Shown here: piece after piece, positions 1 through 7,726 of the stretch
Layout of the letters: each line of letters opens with the position of its first letter
Position numbering within the stretch: the stretch's first letter is position 1
Made by a program: the position numbers and the translations under genes
IMG/VR virus record: IMGVR_UViG_3300025316_000017
DNA length: 20,000 bases
Direction: 5' to 3' (one strand)
Origin: an uncultured virus (IMG/VR IMGVR_UViG_3300025316_000017)
Taxonomy: Duplodnaviria > Heunggongvirae > Uroviricota > Caudoviricetes
Notes under the pieces: generated by a model
The model's input: only the letters and a program-made list of their open reading frames with translations
The model's database searches: none
What the model was told of the DNA's origin: nothing

Positions 1-319
1 TTCCAACTACGGGTTTACCATTAGTAAATACAGGTTTTACTAGATCAAAAGGAAATTCAGCAAAATATTGTGCACGAGGGCAATGAACCCACTGTATAGA
101 CCTGTTTAAACTGTTTAAAAAATGGTTTTGACCATCCAAAGTTTCAAAAATATGAATTGGATCAACCGCAATGCCAATAGTTTCAAAAAATTCTTTAGCA
201 CCCTGCAAATGCGTTACGGCTGCATATTTATAAGGTTTATCCTTTCGGTTAGCATCGATAAATGGTAAGCATTGCAAAAAATCGCCAATTCCGCCCATCA
301 GTAAAATTATTTGCTCCAT
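1..319 (-). CDS. Glycosyltransferase, GT9/heptosyltransferase-like N-terminus (partial, runs off the left edge)
   Basis: Hand translation from ATG at 319 is open to position 1: MEQIILLMGGIGDFLQCLPFIDANRKDKPYKYAAVTHLQGAKEFF... GGIGDxxxxxP after a hydrophobic strand is the typical GT9 (GT-B) N-terminal motif. Overlaps the end of the TPR-GT gene by 13 nt. Not in the ORF track. Confidence 0.7.
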   Translation of the reverse strand, partial: MEQIILLMGGIGDFLQCLPFIDANRKDKPYKYAAVTHLQGAKEFFETIGIAVDPIHIFETLDGQNHFLNSLNRSIQWVHCPRAQYFAEFPFDLVKPVFTNGKPVVG

Positions 320-1920
320 TCAATTAAGTCCTTTTTAATGTTTTGAACTACAGATTCCCAGTCGCCTAATTTTGGCTGTCGGTAAAGTTTAATTGTTGGA
401 TACCAAGGGCTATCGGTTCTATTCATAAACCAGCGCCAGCAGGTATCAAATCGGTTCATCATCCACACTTCCTTGCCCATAGCCGCCGCTAAGTGAGCCG
501 TAGACGTGTCAACGGCAATTACTAGGTCTAGGCTCCAGATATAAGCTGCGGTGTCTGCAAAGTCCTTAAAATGGGCTGTATGGTTGATCATATCTTTCCA
601 CCCCAAACAATTGTCAAGTTCTTGCTCTGGTTCTTTGCCTTTTTGTAAAGAATAGAAGTTAACATTGTCAAGTTTTAGCGGAAGTAAACGTTCTAAAGAT
701 ATATTTCTGCGTTCATTAACAGCCCAAACCTCAGGCTGATCAGGTCTAAAACCACCAGACCATACCAATCCAACATTCTTTTTACCATTTTTCAAGATTT
801 TTCTTGAAAATTCTTGAACCAATTCAGGATCAGGTTTTAAATAAATGCCATACGGAATGTTATCCATACGAGTTTTAAACGCATAAGGAAGGCTCATAAG
901 GGGAATATGGAGATCAAAAGGCGGAATAGCTTCGCCAGTAGTTACAATTTGATCTATTCCGTCAAGCGTAGTTAGCAGTTTAACCAAAGGTTTTTCTGTG
1001 CCAAGAATCACTTTAGCTCCATTTTCTTTAGCTAATTTGGCATAGCGACAAAATTGAATCATATCCCCAAGACCCTGTTCACCATGAATAAACAGAGTCT
1101 TTCCATTTAAATCTTGGGAACCATCGTAGCAAATACCGGGTAAATCACGCCTTGGATAGGTTTTTCTATTCCAACGCCATTCATGTTCATCCCACGCAGT
1201 GTCATATTCGCCACGCAAAAGTAAGCATAAAGACCGATTAAAACGAGCATCAGCAAGTTTTGGATCAATTTCTACCGCTCGGTTATAGTCTTCCAAAGCT
1301 TCGTCTGGTCTTCCTAAGTTTTGATAAACCAAACCACGATTATTGTAAAAAGCCTCCACTCCTTTGGGTTTTAACTTGATTCCAGCTTCATAATTTGCTA
1401 AAGTTTCTTCCATGCGATGCAATTTTTGCAGGGCTATCCCTTTGTTGTTATAAGCCTCTGGGAAGTTTGGTTTGTATTTAAGGGCTAAATCATAAAGCGC
1501 AATTTCTTCTTCAGTTCTATGAAGACTACCGACTACAATCCCTTTGTTGTAATAGGCTTCAGCATAATTTGGCATTAATTTTATGGCACTGTCAAAGTCC
1601 ATAATAGCCAATTCTGGCTGTTTTAAAGCTTGAAATACATTAGCTCGGTTATTTAAAGCTATGGGATTATGCGGGTGTCTTTCTATGGAAAGATTAAAGA
1701 AATTTAATGCCGCCAAATAATTCTGAACACTACCTAAAATGCACCCAATTAAATGATAAGCATCAGGATGATCTGGGTTTTGAGCAATAATTTGATCACA
1801 TAATATGATTGCTTTTTGATTGTCTCCGTTGGCATGGCTTTGTTGAGCTTGAACAAGTCTAGCCACATTTTGGTCGGATAATGGTTTTAATTTTATCTTG
1901 GGAACGTTCTTCTTTTTCAT
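307..1920 (-). CDS. TPR-repeat protein fused to a GT9-like glycosyltransferase domain
   Basis: 537 aa. About 6-7 TPRs in the first ~250 aa (e.g. PNYAEAYYNKG, PNFPEAYNNKG, AFYNNRGLVY). C-terminal domain has HGEQGLGDMIQFCRY, GLVWSG and DFADTAAYIWSLDLVIAVDTSTAHLAAAMGK. Confidence 0.9.
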   Translation of the reverse strand: MKKKNVPKIKLKPLSDQNVARLVQAQQSHANGDNQKAIILCDQIIAQNPDHPDAYHLIGCILGSVQNYLAALNFFNLSIERHPHNPIALNNRANVFQALKQPELAIMDFDSAIKLMPNYAEAYYNKGIVVGSLHRTEEEIALYDLALKYKPNFPEAYNNKGIALQKLHRMEETLANYEAGIKLKPKGVEAFYNNRGLVYQNLGRPDEALEDYNRAVEIDPKLADARFNRSLCLLLRGEYDTAWDEHEWRWNRKTYPRRDLPGICYDGSQDLNGKTLFIHGEQGLGDMIQFCRYAKLAKENGAKVILGTEKPLVKLLTTLDGIDQIVTTGEAIPPFDLHIPLMSLPYAFKTRMDNIPYGIYLKPDPELVQEFSRKILKNGKKNVGLVWSGGFRPDQPEVWAVNERRNISLERLLPLKLDNVNFYSLQKGKEPEQELDNCLGWKDMINHTAHFKDFADTAAYIWSLDLVIAVDTSTAHLAAAMGKEVWMMNRFDTCWRWFMNRTDSPWYPTIKLYRQPKLGDWESVVQNIKKDLIEWSK

Positions 1921-1926
1921 GAAAGA

Positions 1927-1935
1927 ATTCTAACA
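1927..1935 (-). promoter_or_regulatory. Putative extended -10 promoter (TGnTAGAAT) for a leaderless TPR-GT transcript
   Basis: Minus strand reads TGT-TAGAAT-tctttc-ATG. The hexamer ends 6 nt before the start codon and no Shine-Dalgarno sequence is present. Confidence 0.55.
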
Positions 1936-1954
1936 CTAAAAAATAAAAAATAAC

Positions 1955-1984
1955 CAAGTTTAAACTTGCAAGATGTTTAAACTT
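1955..1984. promoter_or_regulatory. Tandem palindromic operator-like sites (GTTTAAAC x2)
   Basis: Perfect 14-bp palindrome CAAGTTTAAACTTG at 1955-1968. GTTTAAACTT is directly repeated at 1958-1967 and 1975-1984, flanking the rightward -35. Confidence 0.45.
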
Positions 1985-1994
1985 AGTGTATAAA
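1966..1994 (+). promoter_or_regulatory. Putative sigma70-type promoter of the structural operon
   Basis: TTGCAA (1966-1971), 17-nt spacer, TATAAA (1989-1994). Predicted TSS is about 2001-2002. Confidence 0.65.
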
Positions 1995-2001
1995 TACAAC
2001 T

Positions 2002-2076
2002 ATCTGGGAGATTGCTTAAACCACCACTGCCCCAGCAGACGATGCAACGATCGGTTTAAGCCTTTTGCATAAGGAG
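2002..2076 (+). ncRNA. Candidate cis-regulatory structured leader RNA with interlocking pseudoknot helices
   Basis: Three helices: CTGGG 2004-2008 / CCCAG 2031-2035; GCTTAAACC 2014-2022 / GGTTTAAGC 2053-2061; ATGCAA 2042-2047 / TTGCAT 2065-2070. SD AAGGAG follows immediately at 2071-2076. Confidence 0.6.
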
Positions 2077-2082
2077 TCCATT

Positions 2083-2796
2083 ATGGGACGTAGTACATTT
2101 GAAGGTCCGATTCTGTCGGGTGATAATCGTTTTGGTCAACAACGTGACGTTGGTCCAGTTCTTTTAACTCAATACGCATTTTTAGATTTTTCTAAAACCA
2201 CTCCCGGCACCGCTGGTTATGCTGGTTCTTCAGGCGTGTTTGTTTCTCCAAATAACATTCCTAACAATACAGGTACTATTTGGACACCACAAGCTGGCTC
2301 ATATAGCGCAAATGGTCCTACTGTAGCAACTGCCCCTACCGCTGATGCCGCTGGTACTATTTACCGTGGTGTTGTAATGTTATTGCCACAGGCTTCTTAT
2401 TTAAAATCTGTAGAACTTGACTATATTGTTCAACCAACTGACGGTACAAATGCCGCTACAGTAACTTCTGTATTTATTTCTAATCAATTTGTAACTTCTT
2501 CTACTGGCGCTGTATATGGTAGCCTTGCCGCTAACACAACTACAGCAGTTGGTCGTACCTCTGCTACTTTTACAGCAACTCAATACGCAAACTGCCAATC
2601 TACTTTGCAAGATGTTCAAAACATCCAACCGGGTCAACAGCCAACTTGGTTTAGCCAAGTAGTATTTACCATTCAAATGCTTGGTTCAACTATGAATGCC
2701 CCTACGTCTGGCAAACTTGGAATTACTTTAAGTTATGTTCAATCAGATCCTAATATTGGTAATAGTTCAACATATCCATACGGTAACTTTGACTAA
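2083..2796 (+). CDS. Probable virion (capsid-associated/decoration-like) protein
   Basis: ATG 2083 with SD AAGGAG is preferred over the track's TTG at 2065; 237 aa. N-terminus MGRSTFEGPILSG resembles the M-x-x-T-F-x-G-P starts of phage head-associated proteins. T/A/S/G-rich and beta-like. Function is inferred. Confidence 0.55.
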   Translation: MGRSTFEGPILSGDNRFGQQRDVGPVLLTQYAFLDFSKTTPGTAGYAGSSGVFVSPNNIPNNTGTIWTPQAGSYSANGPTVATAPTADAAGTIYRGVVMLLPQASYLKSVELDYIVQPTDGTNAATVTSVFISNQFVTSSTGAVYGSLAANTTTAVGRTSATFTATQYANCQSTLQDVQNIQPGQQPTWFSQVVFTIQMLGSTMNAPTSGKLGITLSYVQSDPNIGNSSTYPYGNFD

Positions 2797-2805
2797 TAAT
2801 CCGAT

Positions 2806-2832
2806 GGGGAACTTCGGTTCCCCTATTTAAAA
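2806..2832 (+). terminator. cUUCGg hairpin; weak intrinsic terminator or mRNA-stabilising stem
   Basis: GGGGAAC-TTCG-GTTCCCC (2806-2823) followed by TATTTAAAA, just after the stop at 2796. Confidence 0.65.
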
Positions 2833-2846
2833 TTTAAGGAGATATT

Positions 2847-5375
2847 ATGTCAGGTGCATGGTCGTTATTGAATTTCTTTTCACCCAACACTCAAACGGGT
2901 GCTATGGGTGTGCAAACCGCTTCTACCCCTTTAACAGGTATTGATGGCGCAGCGCAATTTATTGCTCCTCAGCGTTTACGTGATGTTGTAGGTAAATTGA
3001 AAGTTTCACAATCGCAAAATATTTATGATGCCGACTTTGAGTATGGTGTTCAACCATTGCGCTGGGAACAATTTATTCAAAATACATCGGGTCAAGCTTA
3101 CATTGTTCAAAACCCCGGTTTAGGTGGTGTATCAATGAACATTGGTGGTGGCAACACTCCCGGTGACATTACTATTCGCCAGTCACGTCCTTATCATCGT
3201 TATCAGCCCGGCAAAACAATGTATATGGCTTCTAACGTGAATTTTGGTGCATCTGTTAGCGGTCAAACGCAACGTGTTGGTATTTTTGATGATTCTAACG
3301 GTATTTTCTTTTTGCAAAATGGTGCTGGATATGCACAAAACCCATACTCAATGTATGTGGTAATTCGTTCTGATTCTGGTGGTTTGCCAACAGATCAAGT
3401 ATTCCCAATGGAATCTTGGAACGGCAACAAAAATATTATCAATTCAATTGATTGGACTAAGGTTCAAATGATTTGGATGGAGTATGCTTGGTACGGAGCT
3501 GGCGCATTGCGTTGGGGTGTAGTTATCAATGGCGAACCTTGGGTTATTCATCAAGTTGGTACAGGTAATGGAACAGTTTTAGGTACTGCACAAGTTAAAC
3601 CTTGGAGCCGTACAGGTAACCTTCCTGTTCGCTATGAACAACGTGATAATGGAAGTTCTGCACAGTCTTTGATGACTCACTATGGTGTATCAGTATTGAT
3701 TGAGGGCGGAATAGATAAACAGCGTGGTTTTACTTATTCATATGGTAATTACGCAGCTTCTCAACAACGTAGTTTAACTGGTGCAGTAACCCGTTATCCA
3801 GCTATGTCATTTCGTATGAGAGCAGTTGGTTCTGATATTTTTGATAACACTAATGCCGCAGCAACAGGTGGGTCGCCACAAACTTTAACTATTAGTGCAG
3901 CTACTCCAGCAATTAACTCAGTTGTTGGTCAAGCTAATGGTGGTCAAGCTTTATTTACTTTTAACTCTGCTCATGGTTATGCGGTCACCAACCCAGCCAA
4001 TGCTAATAACCCCGCACAATATGTTACTTTAAGTTCATTTACGCAAACAGCATCTATTACTGGATATACAATTGCTTCTGCAACATTGACAGTTACCACT
4101 ATTACTGCTGGTGCAATTCAATCTGGCATGACATTGACTGGTACTGGAATTTCTTCTGGCACATCAATTACCGCACAATTAACTTCAACAGGATCTGCCG
4201 TAGGATCACAAGCTTTTGCAAGTGGTGGTGCAATTGGTTCAAGTATTGTTGTTTTAGCGGCTGGTACAAGTTTTGCAGTAGGTCAATTGTTTGCTGGAAC
4301 AGGCGTACCTACAAACACATTTATCACTGCGGTTAACGGTGCAACTATTACCCTTAACAAAGCGTTTACGGCTCAAGCTGCTGGTACATATACATCTTAT
4401 GCTGTAGGTGGTGTTGGTACTTATCAATTAAGTTCTGCGCAAACAGGTGTATCAGGCACTATTACTGCTACAACTACTTATGCTGCTCAAACTTGGTTGA
4501 TCCAATCTGTTCCAAGCACAACAACTATGGTTTTACCAATTTTATTGGTAAACGGTGCAACATTGACCTCTACCCCAACAGCAACATATTGGGGTACAAA
4601 CCAATGGGTTGGTAAATCTGTTTACTATCAAGCGGCACTTCCAAGCCTTACAGGTGCAGCAATTGGTGCAGCAACGGTTATTGGTGGTGTGACTCAATTC
4701 CCCGTAACCTTAACTTTTGCAGCAATTACTAGCTTGGCAACAGGTAACGTCATCACTATTTCTGGCGCTACTCCAACTCAATATAATGGTATTTTTAATA
4801 CCACCGTATTGACTGCAAGCCAAGCATTAATTTATATGCCATCTAGCCCCGGTGCAATTACATTAGCGGCACAAGTCATTACATCGCCATATACAGGTCG
4901 TATTACAAGTAATACAACTTCAACTATTACATTTGGCGATATAGTCACTGGAGGAGCTTTAGCTAACGCTCCAACTTCTGGATGCACATATCAAATTGGT
5001 TTGATTGACCGTGGACAATTATTGCCACAAACATTGTTGACCAATACTAGCCAAACAGCTTTGATTGAATTGATTGCTAGTACACCAACTAACCAATTGT
5101 CGTTGCAAAACGCATCGTTTAAACCTTTAAATACGCTTGGTTCATTTAACTCATTTGCGGAAGTAGATTTATCTGCTACCGGATTGAGCGGCGGTGAAGT
5201 AGTTTATGCATTCTCAACTCCAAATAATGCACTACAACAATTGGATTTGACAAACTTCTTCCCAGTGTTGACCAACATTAAGGGTAACGTAGCCGATATC
5301 TTGACGGTAGCAATTACCACTACAACTGGTACAGTAGTTCAGGTTAACGTAGTTTGTCAGGAGGCAATGGCTTAA
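2847..5375 (+). CDS. Large virion structural protein: conserved beta-rich N-domain plus a T/A/G-rich multi-module insertion
   Basis: 842 aa, SD AAGGAG. Motifs IRQSRPYHRYQPGK, RVGIFDDSNGIFF, WMEYAWYGAG and LPVRYE recall virion proteins of aquatic phages. Residues ~335-720 are low-complexity beta modules. Confidence 0.6.
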   Translation: MSGAWSLLNFFSPNTQTGAMGVQTASTPLTGIDGAAQFIAPQRLRDVVGKLKVSQSQNIYDADFEYGVQPLRWEQFIQNTSGQAYIVQNPGLGGVSMNIGGGNTPGDITIRQSRPYHRYQPGKTMYMASNVNFGASVSGQTQRVGIFDDSNGIFFLQNGAGYAQNPYSMYVVIRSDSGGLPTDQVFPMESWNGNKNIINSIDWTKVQMIWMEYAWYGAGALRWGVVINGEPWVIHQVGTGNGTVLGTAQVKPWSRTGNLPVRYEQRDNGSSAQSLMTHYGVSVLIEGGIDKQRGFTYSYGNYAASQQRSLTGAVTRYPAMSFRMRAVGSDIFDNTNAAATGGSPQTLTISAATPAINSVVGQANGGQALFTFNSAHGYAVTNPANANNPAQYVTLSSFTQTASITGYTIASATLTVTTITAGAIQSGMTLTGTGISSGTSITAQLTSTGSAVGSQAFASGGAIGSSIVVLAAGTSFAVGQLFAGTGVPTNTFITAVNGATITLNKAFTAQAAGTYTSYAVGGVGTYQLSSAQTGVSGTITATTTYAAQTWLIQSVPSTTTMVLPILLVNGATLTSTPTATYWGTNQWVGKSVYYQAALPSLTGAAIGAATVIGGVTQFPVTLTFAAITSLATGNVITISGATPTQYNGIFNTTVLTASQALIYMPSSPGAITLAAQVITSPYTGRITSNTTSTITFGDIVTGGALANAPTSGCTYQIGLIDRGQLLPQTLLTNTSQTALIELIASTPTNQLSLQNASFKPLNTLGSFNSFAEVDLSATGLSGGEVVYAFSTPNNALQQLDLTNFFPVLTNIKGNVADILTVAITTTTGTVVQVNVVCQEAMA

Positions 5376-5376
5376 T

Positions 5377-5622
5377 ATGGCTAAGACTCCAGCTTGGCAA
5401 CGCAAGGAGGGGAAGTCTCCCTCCGGCGGTTTAAACGCCAAAGGTAGAGCGTCTGCAAAAAAAGAAGGCATGAATCTAAAAGCACCCCAACCAGAAGGCG
5501 GATCACGCAAAAAGTCGTTCTGCGCCCGCATGGAAGGGATGAAAAAGAAACTAACTTCTTCTAAAACAGCCAGCGATCCTGATAGCAGAATTAATAAATC
5601 TTTAAAGAAGTGGAAATGCTGA
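5377..5622 (+). CDS. Small basic phage protein (DUF6321-like)
   Basis: 81 aa: AWQRKEGKSPSGGLNAKGRAS...RKKSFCARM...DPDSRINKSLKKWKC. Family recognised from memory. Confidence 0.65.
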   Translation: MAKTPAWQRKEGKSPSGGLNAKGRASAKKEGMNLKAPQPEGGSRKKSFCARMEGMKKKLTSSKTASDPDSRINKSLKKWKC

Positions 5623-5864
5623 TGGATGGATTAATGCAATTTTGGAACGCTGCTTTAACGCTATTTGTTGCGGCTATTGGATACTTTGTTAAAGAAAAGT
5701 TTAATGACTTGGATCGTACTAAAGTTCTTTTAAATAAAACACGTGAAGAAATGGCTCGTGATTATATTACTAAGACGGAAGTACGTAGCGACATGGAACA
5801 AATTATTTCAAGATTTGATAAGCTAGAAGCTAAACTGGATCGTTTTATTGAAGGACATAAATAA
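5622..5864 (+). CDS. Small protein with N-terminal transmembrane helix and coiled coil
   Basis: ATG 5622 in a TGATG overlap with the upstream stop; 80 aa. Hydrophobic FWNAALTLFVAAIGYFV then heptads (RFDKLEAKLDRF). Confidence 0.7.
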   Translation: MDGLMQFWNAALTLFVAAIGYFVKEKFNDLDRTKVLLNKTREEMARDYITKTEVRSDMEQIISRFDKLEAKLDRFIEGHK

Positions 5865-6319
5865 TGCCAAGCACTAGCAAAAAACAACATAATTTAATGG
5901 AAGCGGTTGCTCATAATCCGAGCTTCGCTAAAAAAGTAGGTATCCCTCGCTCTGTTGGCGAGGATTTTAGTAAAGCCGACAAGGGCAAAACTTTTAAAAA
6001 GGGTGGAGAAATGAAAAAGAAAATGGCAAGCGGTGGCGAGACTATGGGTCCTCGTTCCATGAAGGAAGACGTAGAAGCTGGTTCTAACAAACATGGCAAA
6101 TTTGGCGAAAGCAAGCTTCAGAAAAAAGGTCACACCAAAGGTAAAAATTTAGGTGATACTGGTAAAAAAGAGCCAATTGAATCTGAAAAAAATATGCCTT
6201 CATTTATGAAAGAAATGAAAAAAGGCGGCAAAGTTAAGAAGATGGCTGCTGGCGGCACTGCTTCTAGCCGTGCTGATGGTATTGCACAACGTGGTAAAAC
6301 AGTTGGTAAATATTGCTAA
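5864..6319 (+). CDS. Lys-rich small protein with four hydrophobic-x-x-GG motifs
   Basis: 151 aa, TAATG-coupled start. Contains FKKGG, MASGG, MKKGG, MAAGG and C-terminal RADGIAQRGKTVGKYC. Confidence 0.8.
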   Translation: MPSTSKKQHNLMEAVAHNPSFAKKVGIPRSVGEDFSKADKGKTFKKGGEMKKKMASGGETMGPRSMKEDVEAGSNKHGKFGESKLQKKGHTKGKNLGDTGKKEPIESEKNMPSFMKEMKKGGKVKKMAAGGTASSRADGIAQRGKTVGKYC

Positions 6320-6328
6320 GGATAAATT

Positions 6329-6532
6329 ATGAAAAATGATCACCCACCAATCTCTATGGATATGGCTGCTGAAGAGCATATGATCCACCCAGAGCATATT
6401 GAAAAGCATCATGGCGGAGACGGACACGTACAACACCACGAGCATTTTAAGAAACACGCCGCTGGTCACAAACTGCACCATGAACACGTTAAAGCAATGT
6501 GTGGTGGCGGTTATGCTAAGGGCAAAAAGTAA
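6329..6532 (+). CDS. His-rich mini-protein (15 His in 67 aa)
   Basis: SD AAGGA, stop coupled to the next gene by TAATG. Three HxxH(H/P)EH repeats; ends MCGGGYAKGKK. Confidence 0.75.
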   Translation: MKNDHPPISMDMAAEEHMIHPEHIEKHHGGDGHVQHHEHFKKHAAGHKLHHEHVKAMCGGGYAKGKK

Positions 6533-6792
6533 TGATGGCAAGTCGTGGAATGGGTGATATTAACCCTTCCAAAATGCCTAGCAAAAAGGTCATTCAACGA
6601 AAGGATGATCCAAATGCTGTTGATATGTATGCAAAAGGTGGTGAAGTTTGGGATAAACCACGTCCAAAAAAATTAGGTAAACCCAAAAAAATGTCCGCAA
6701 GTAAAAAAGCTAGCGCTAAAGCAATGGCTAAAGCGGCGGGTAGACCATATCCTAATTTGGTTGACAATATGAGAGCCGCAAAAGGCAAATAA
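6532..6792 (+). CDS. Small basic protein with a YAKGG motif
   Basis: 86 aa, TAATG coupling at both ends, Lys/Ala-rich. Confidence 0.75.
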   Translation: MMASRGMGDINPSKMPSKKVIQRKDDPNAVDMYAKGGEVWDKPRPKKLGKPKKMSASKKASAKAMAKAAGRPYPNLVDNMRAAKGK

Positions 6793-7724
6793 TGGCGTAT
6801 ACCAGTGGCAGTTCTACTTTTAACCTTGACCTCACTGAGCTTGTAGAAGAAGCCTTTGAGCGTTGTGGCTCGCAGTTACGTACTGGATATGACCTTAGGA
6901 CTGCCAAGCGGTCAATAAACCTATTGACCATTGAATGGGCTAATAGGGGCATTAACCTTTGGACGGTGGAAGAGGTATCCGTTCCGTTGGTATATGGTCA
7001 AGCTATATACCCAGTAGATGCTAATACAATTGATATTTTAGATTTGGTCACACGCACCAATAATGCTAGTTCTAGCAACCAACAAGATATTAATTTAAAC
7101 CGTATTTCAGAATCTACGTATTCGACTATTCCGAATAAATTGACCTATGGTCGCCCAATTCAGACTTATTACAGCCGTGAAACAGGCAATTCAAACGTTT
7201 ATTCTGGAGTTACTTTAGCCGCCACTCTTACAGCTTCTGCTACAGCTATTACCCTCAGCTCTACAGCCAATATGCGATCTACTGGATTTATCCAAATAGA
7301 TAACGAAATCATTGGTTACGTCAATATATCTGGTAATCAGCTTTTAAATTGCTACCGTGGGCAATACAATACTACTGCTGCGGCTCATAGCATTGGAGCG
7401 CAAATTTATAACCAACAACTACCGTTTTTGGCTGTTTGGCCCACACCAGACAATTCAACCCCATATACGATGGTTTATTGGCGTATGAGACGTATTCAAG
7501 ATTCTGGAACAGGTGTATTTATTCAAGATATTCCATTCCGTTGGATTACTTGTATGGTAGCTGGATTAGCTTATTATTTGTCCATGAAATTACCAAACAT
7601 GGATATTCAACGTGCTGCTGGTCTTAAAGCGGAGTACATGGAACAGCTTGAACAGGCTTGTGAAGAAGATCGGGAAATGGTATCAATTCGTTTTGTTCCT
7701 CGTAATATGTTTTATTCGAGGTAA
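6792..7724 (+). CDS. Head-tail adaptor-like protein (P22 gp4/tail tubular A-like) with an inserted beta module
   Basis: 310 aa. Helical N-terminus LVEEAFERCG...AKRSINLLTIEWANRGINLW, then GRP..Y, WPTPD and C-terminal GLAYYLSMK. Insert TLAATL...IQIDNEII...RGQYNTTAAAH at about 7185-7420. Confidence 0.65.
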   Translation: MAYTSGSSTFNLDLTELVEEAFERCGSQLRTGYDLRTAKRSINLLTIEWANRGINLWTVEEVSVPLVYGQAIYPVDANTIDILDLVTRTNNASSSNQQDINLNRISESTYSTIPNKLTYGRPIQTYYSRETGNSNVYSGVTLAATLTASATAITLSSTANMRSTGFIQIDNEIIGYVNISGNQLLNCYRGQYNTTAAAHSIGAQIYNQQLPFLAVWPTPDNSTPYTMVYWRMRRIQDSGTGVFIQDIPFRWITCMVAGLAYYLSMKLPNMDIQRAAGLKAEYMEQLEQACEEDREMVSIRFVPRNMFYSR

Positions 7725-7726
7725 AA

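Noticed and set aside
1989..1996. TATAAATA, identical to the T4 late promoter consensus
   Set aside because: Also explained as the -10 of a sigma70 promoter with a well-spaced -35. Gene content is not T4-like and the DNA is AT-rich.
2002..2070. Leader as an HDV-like ribozyme or guanidine-III riboswitch
   Set aside because: Only 8 nt lie between the P2 5' strand and the P1 3' strand, too few for the HDV P3/L3. The CGAGG-type loop I recall for guanidine-III is absent. Only the pseudoknot topology is shared.
6230..6290. Resemblance of KKMAAGGTASSRADG to the ribosomal protein L27 N-terminus (AHKKAGGSTRNGRD)
   Set aside because: Short, low-complexity K/A/G match with no other L27 features.
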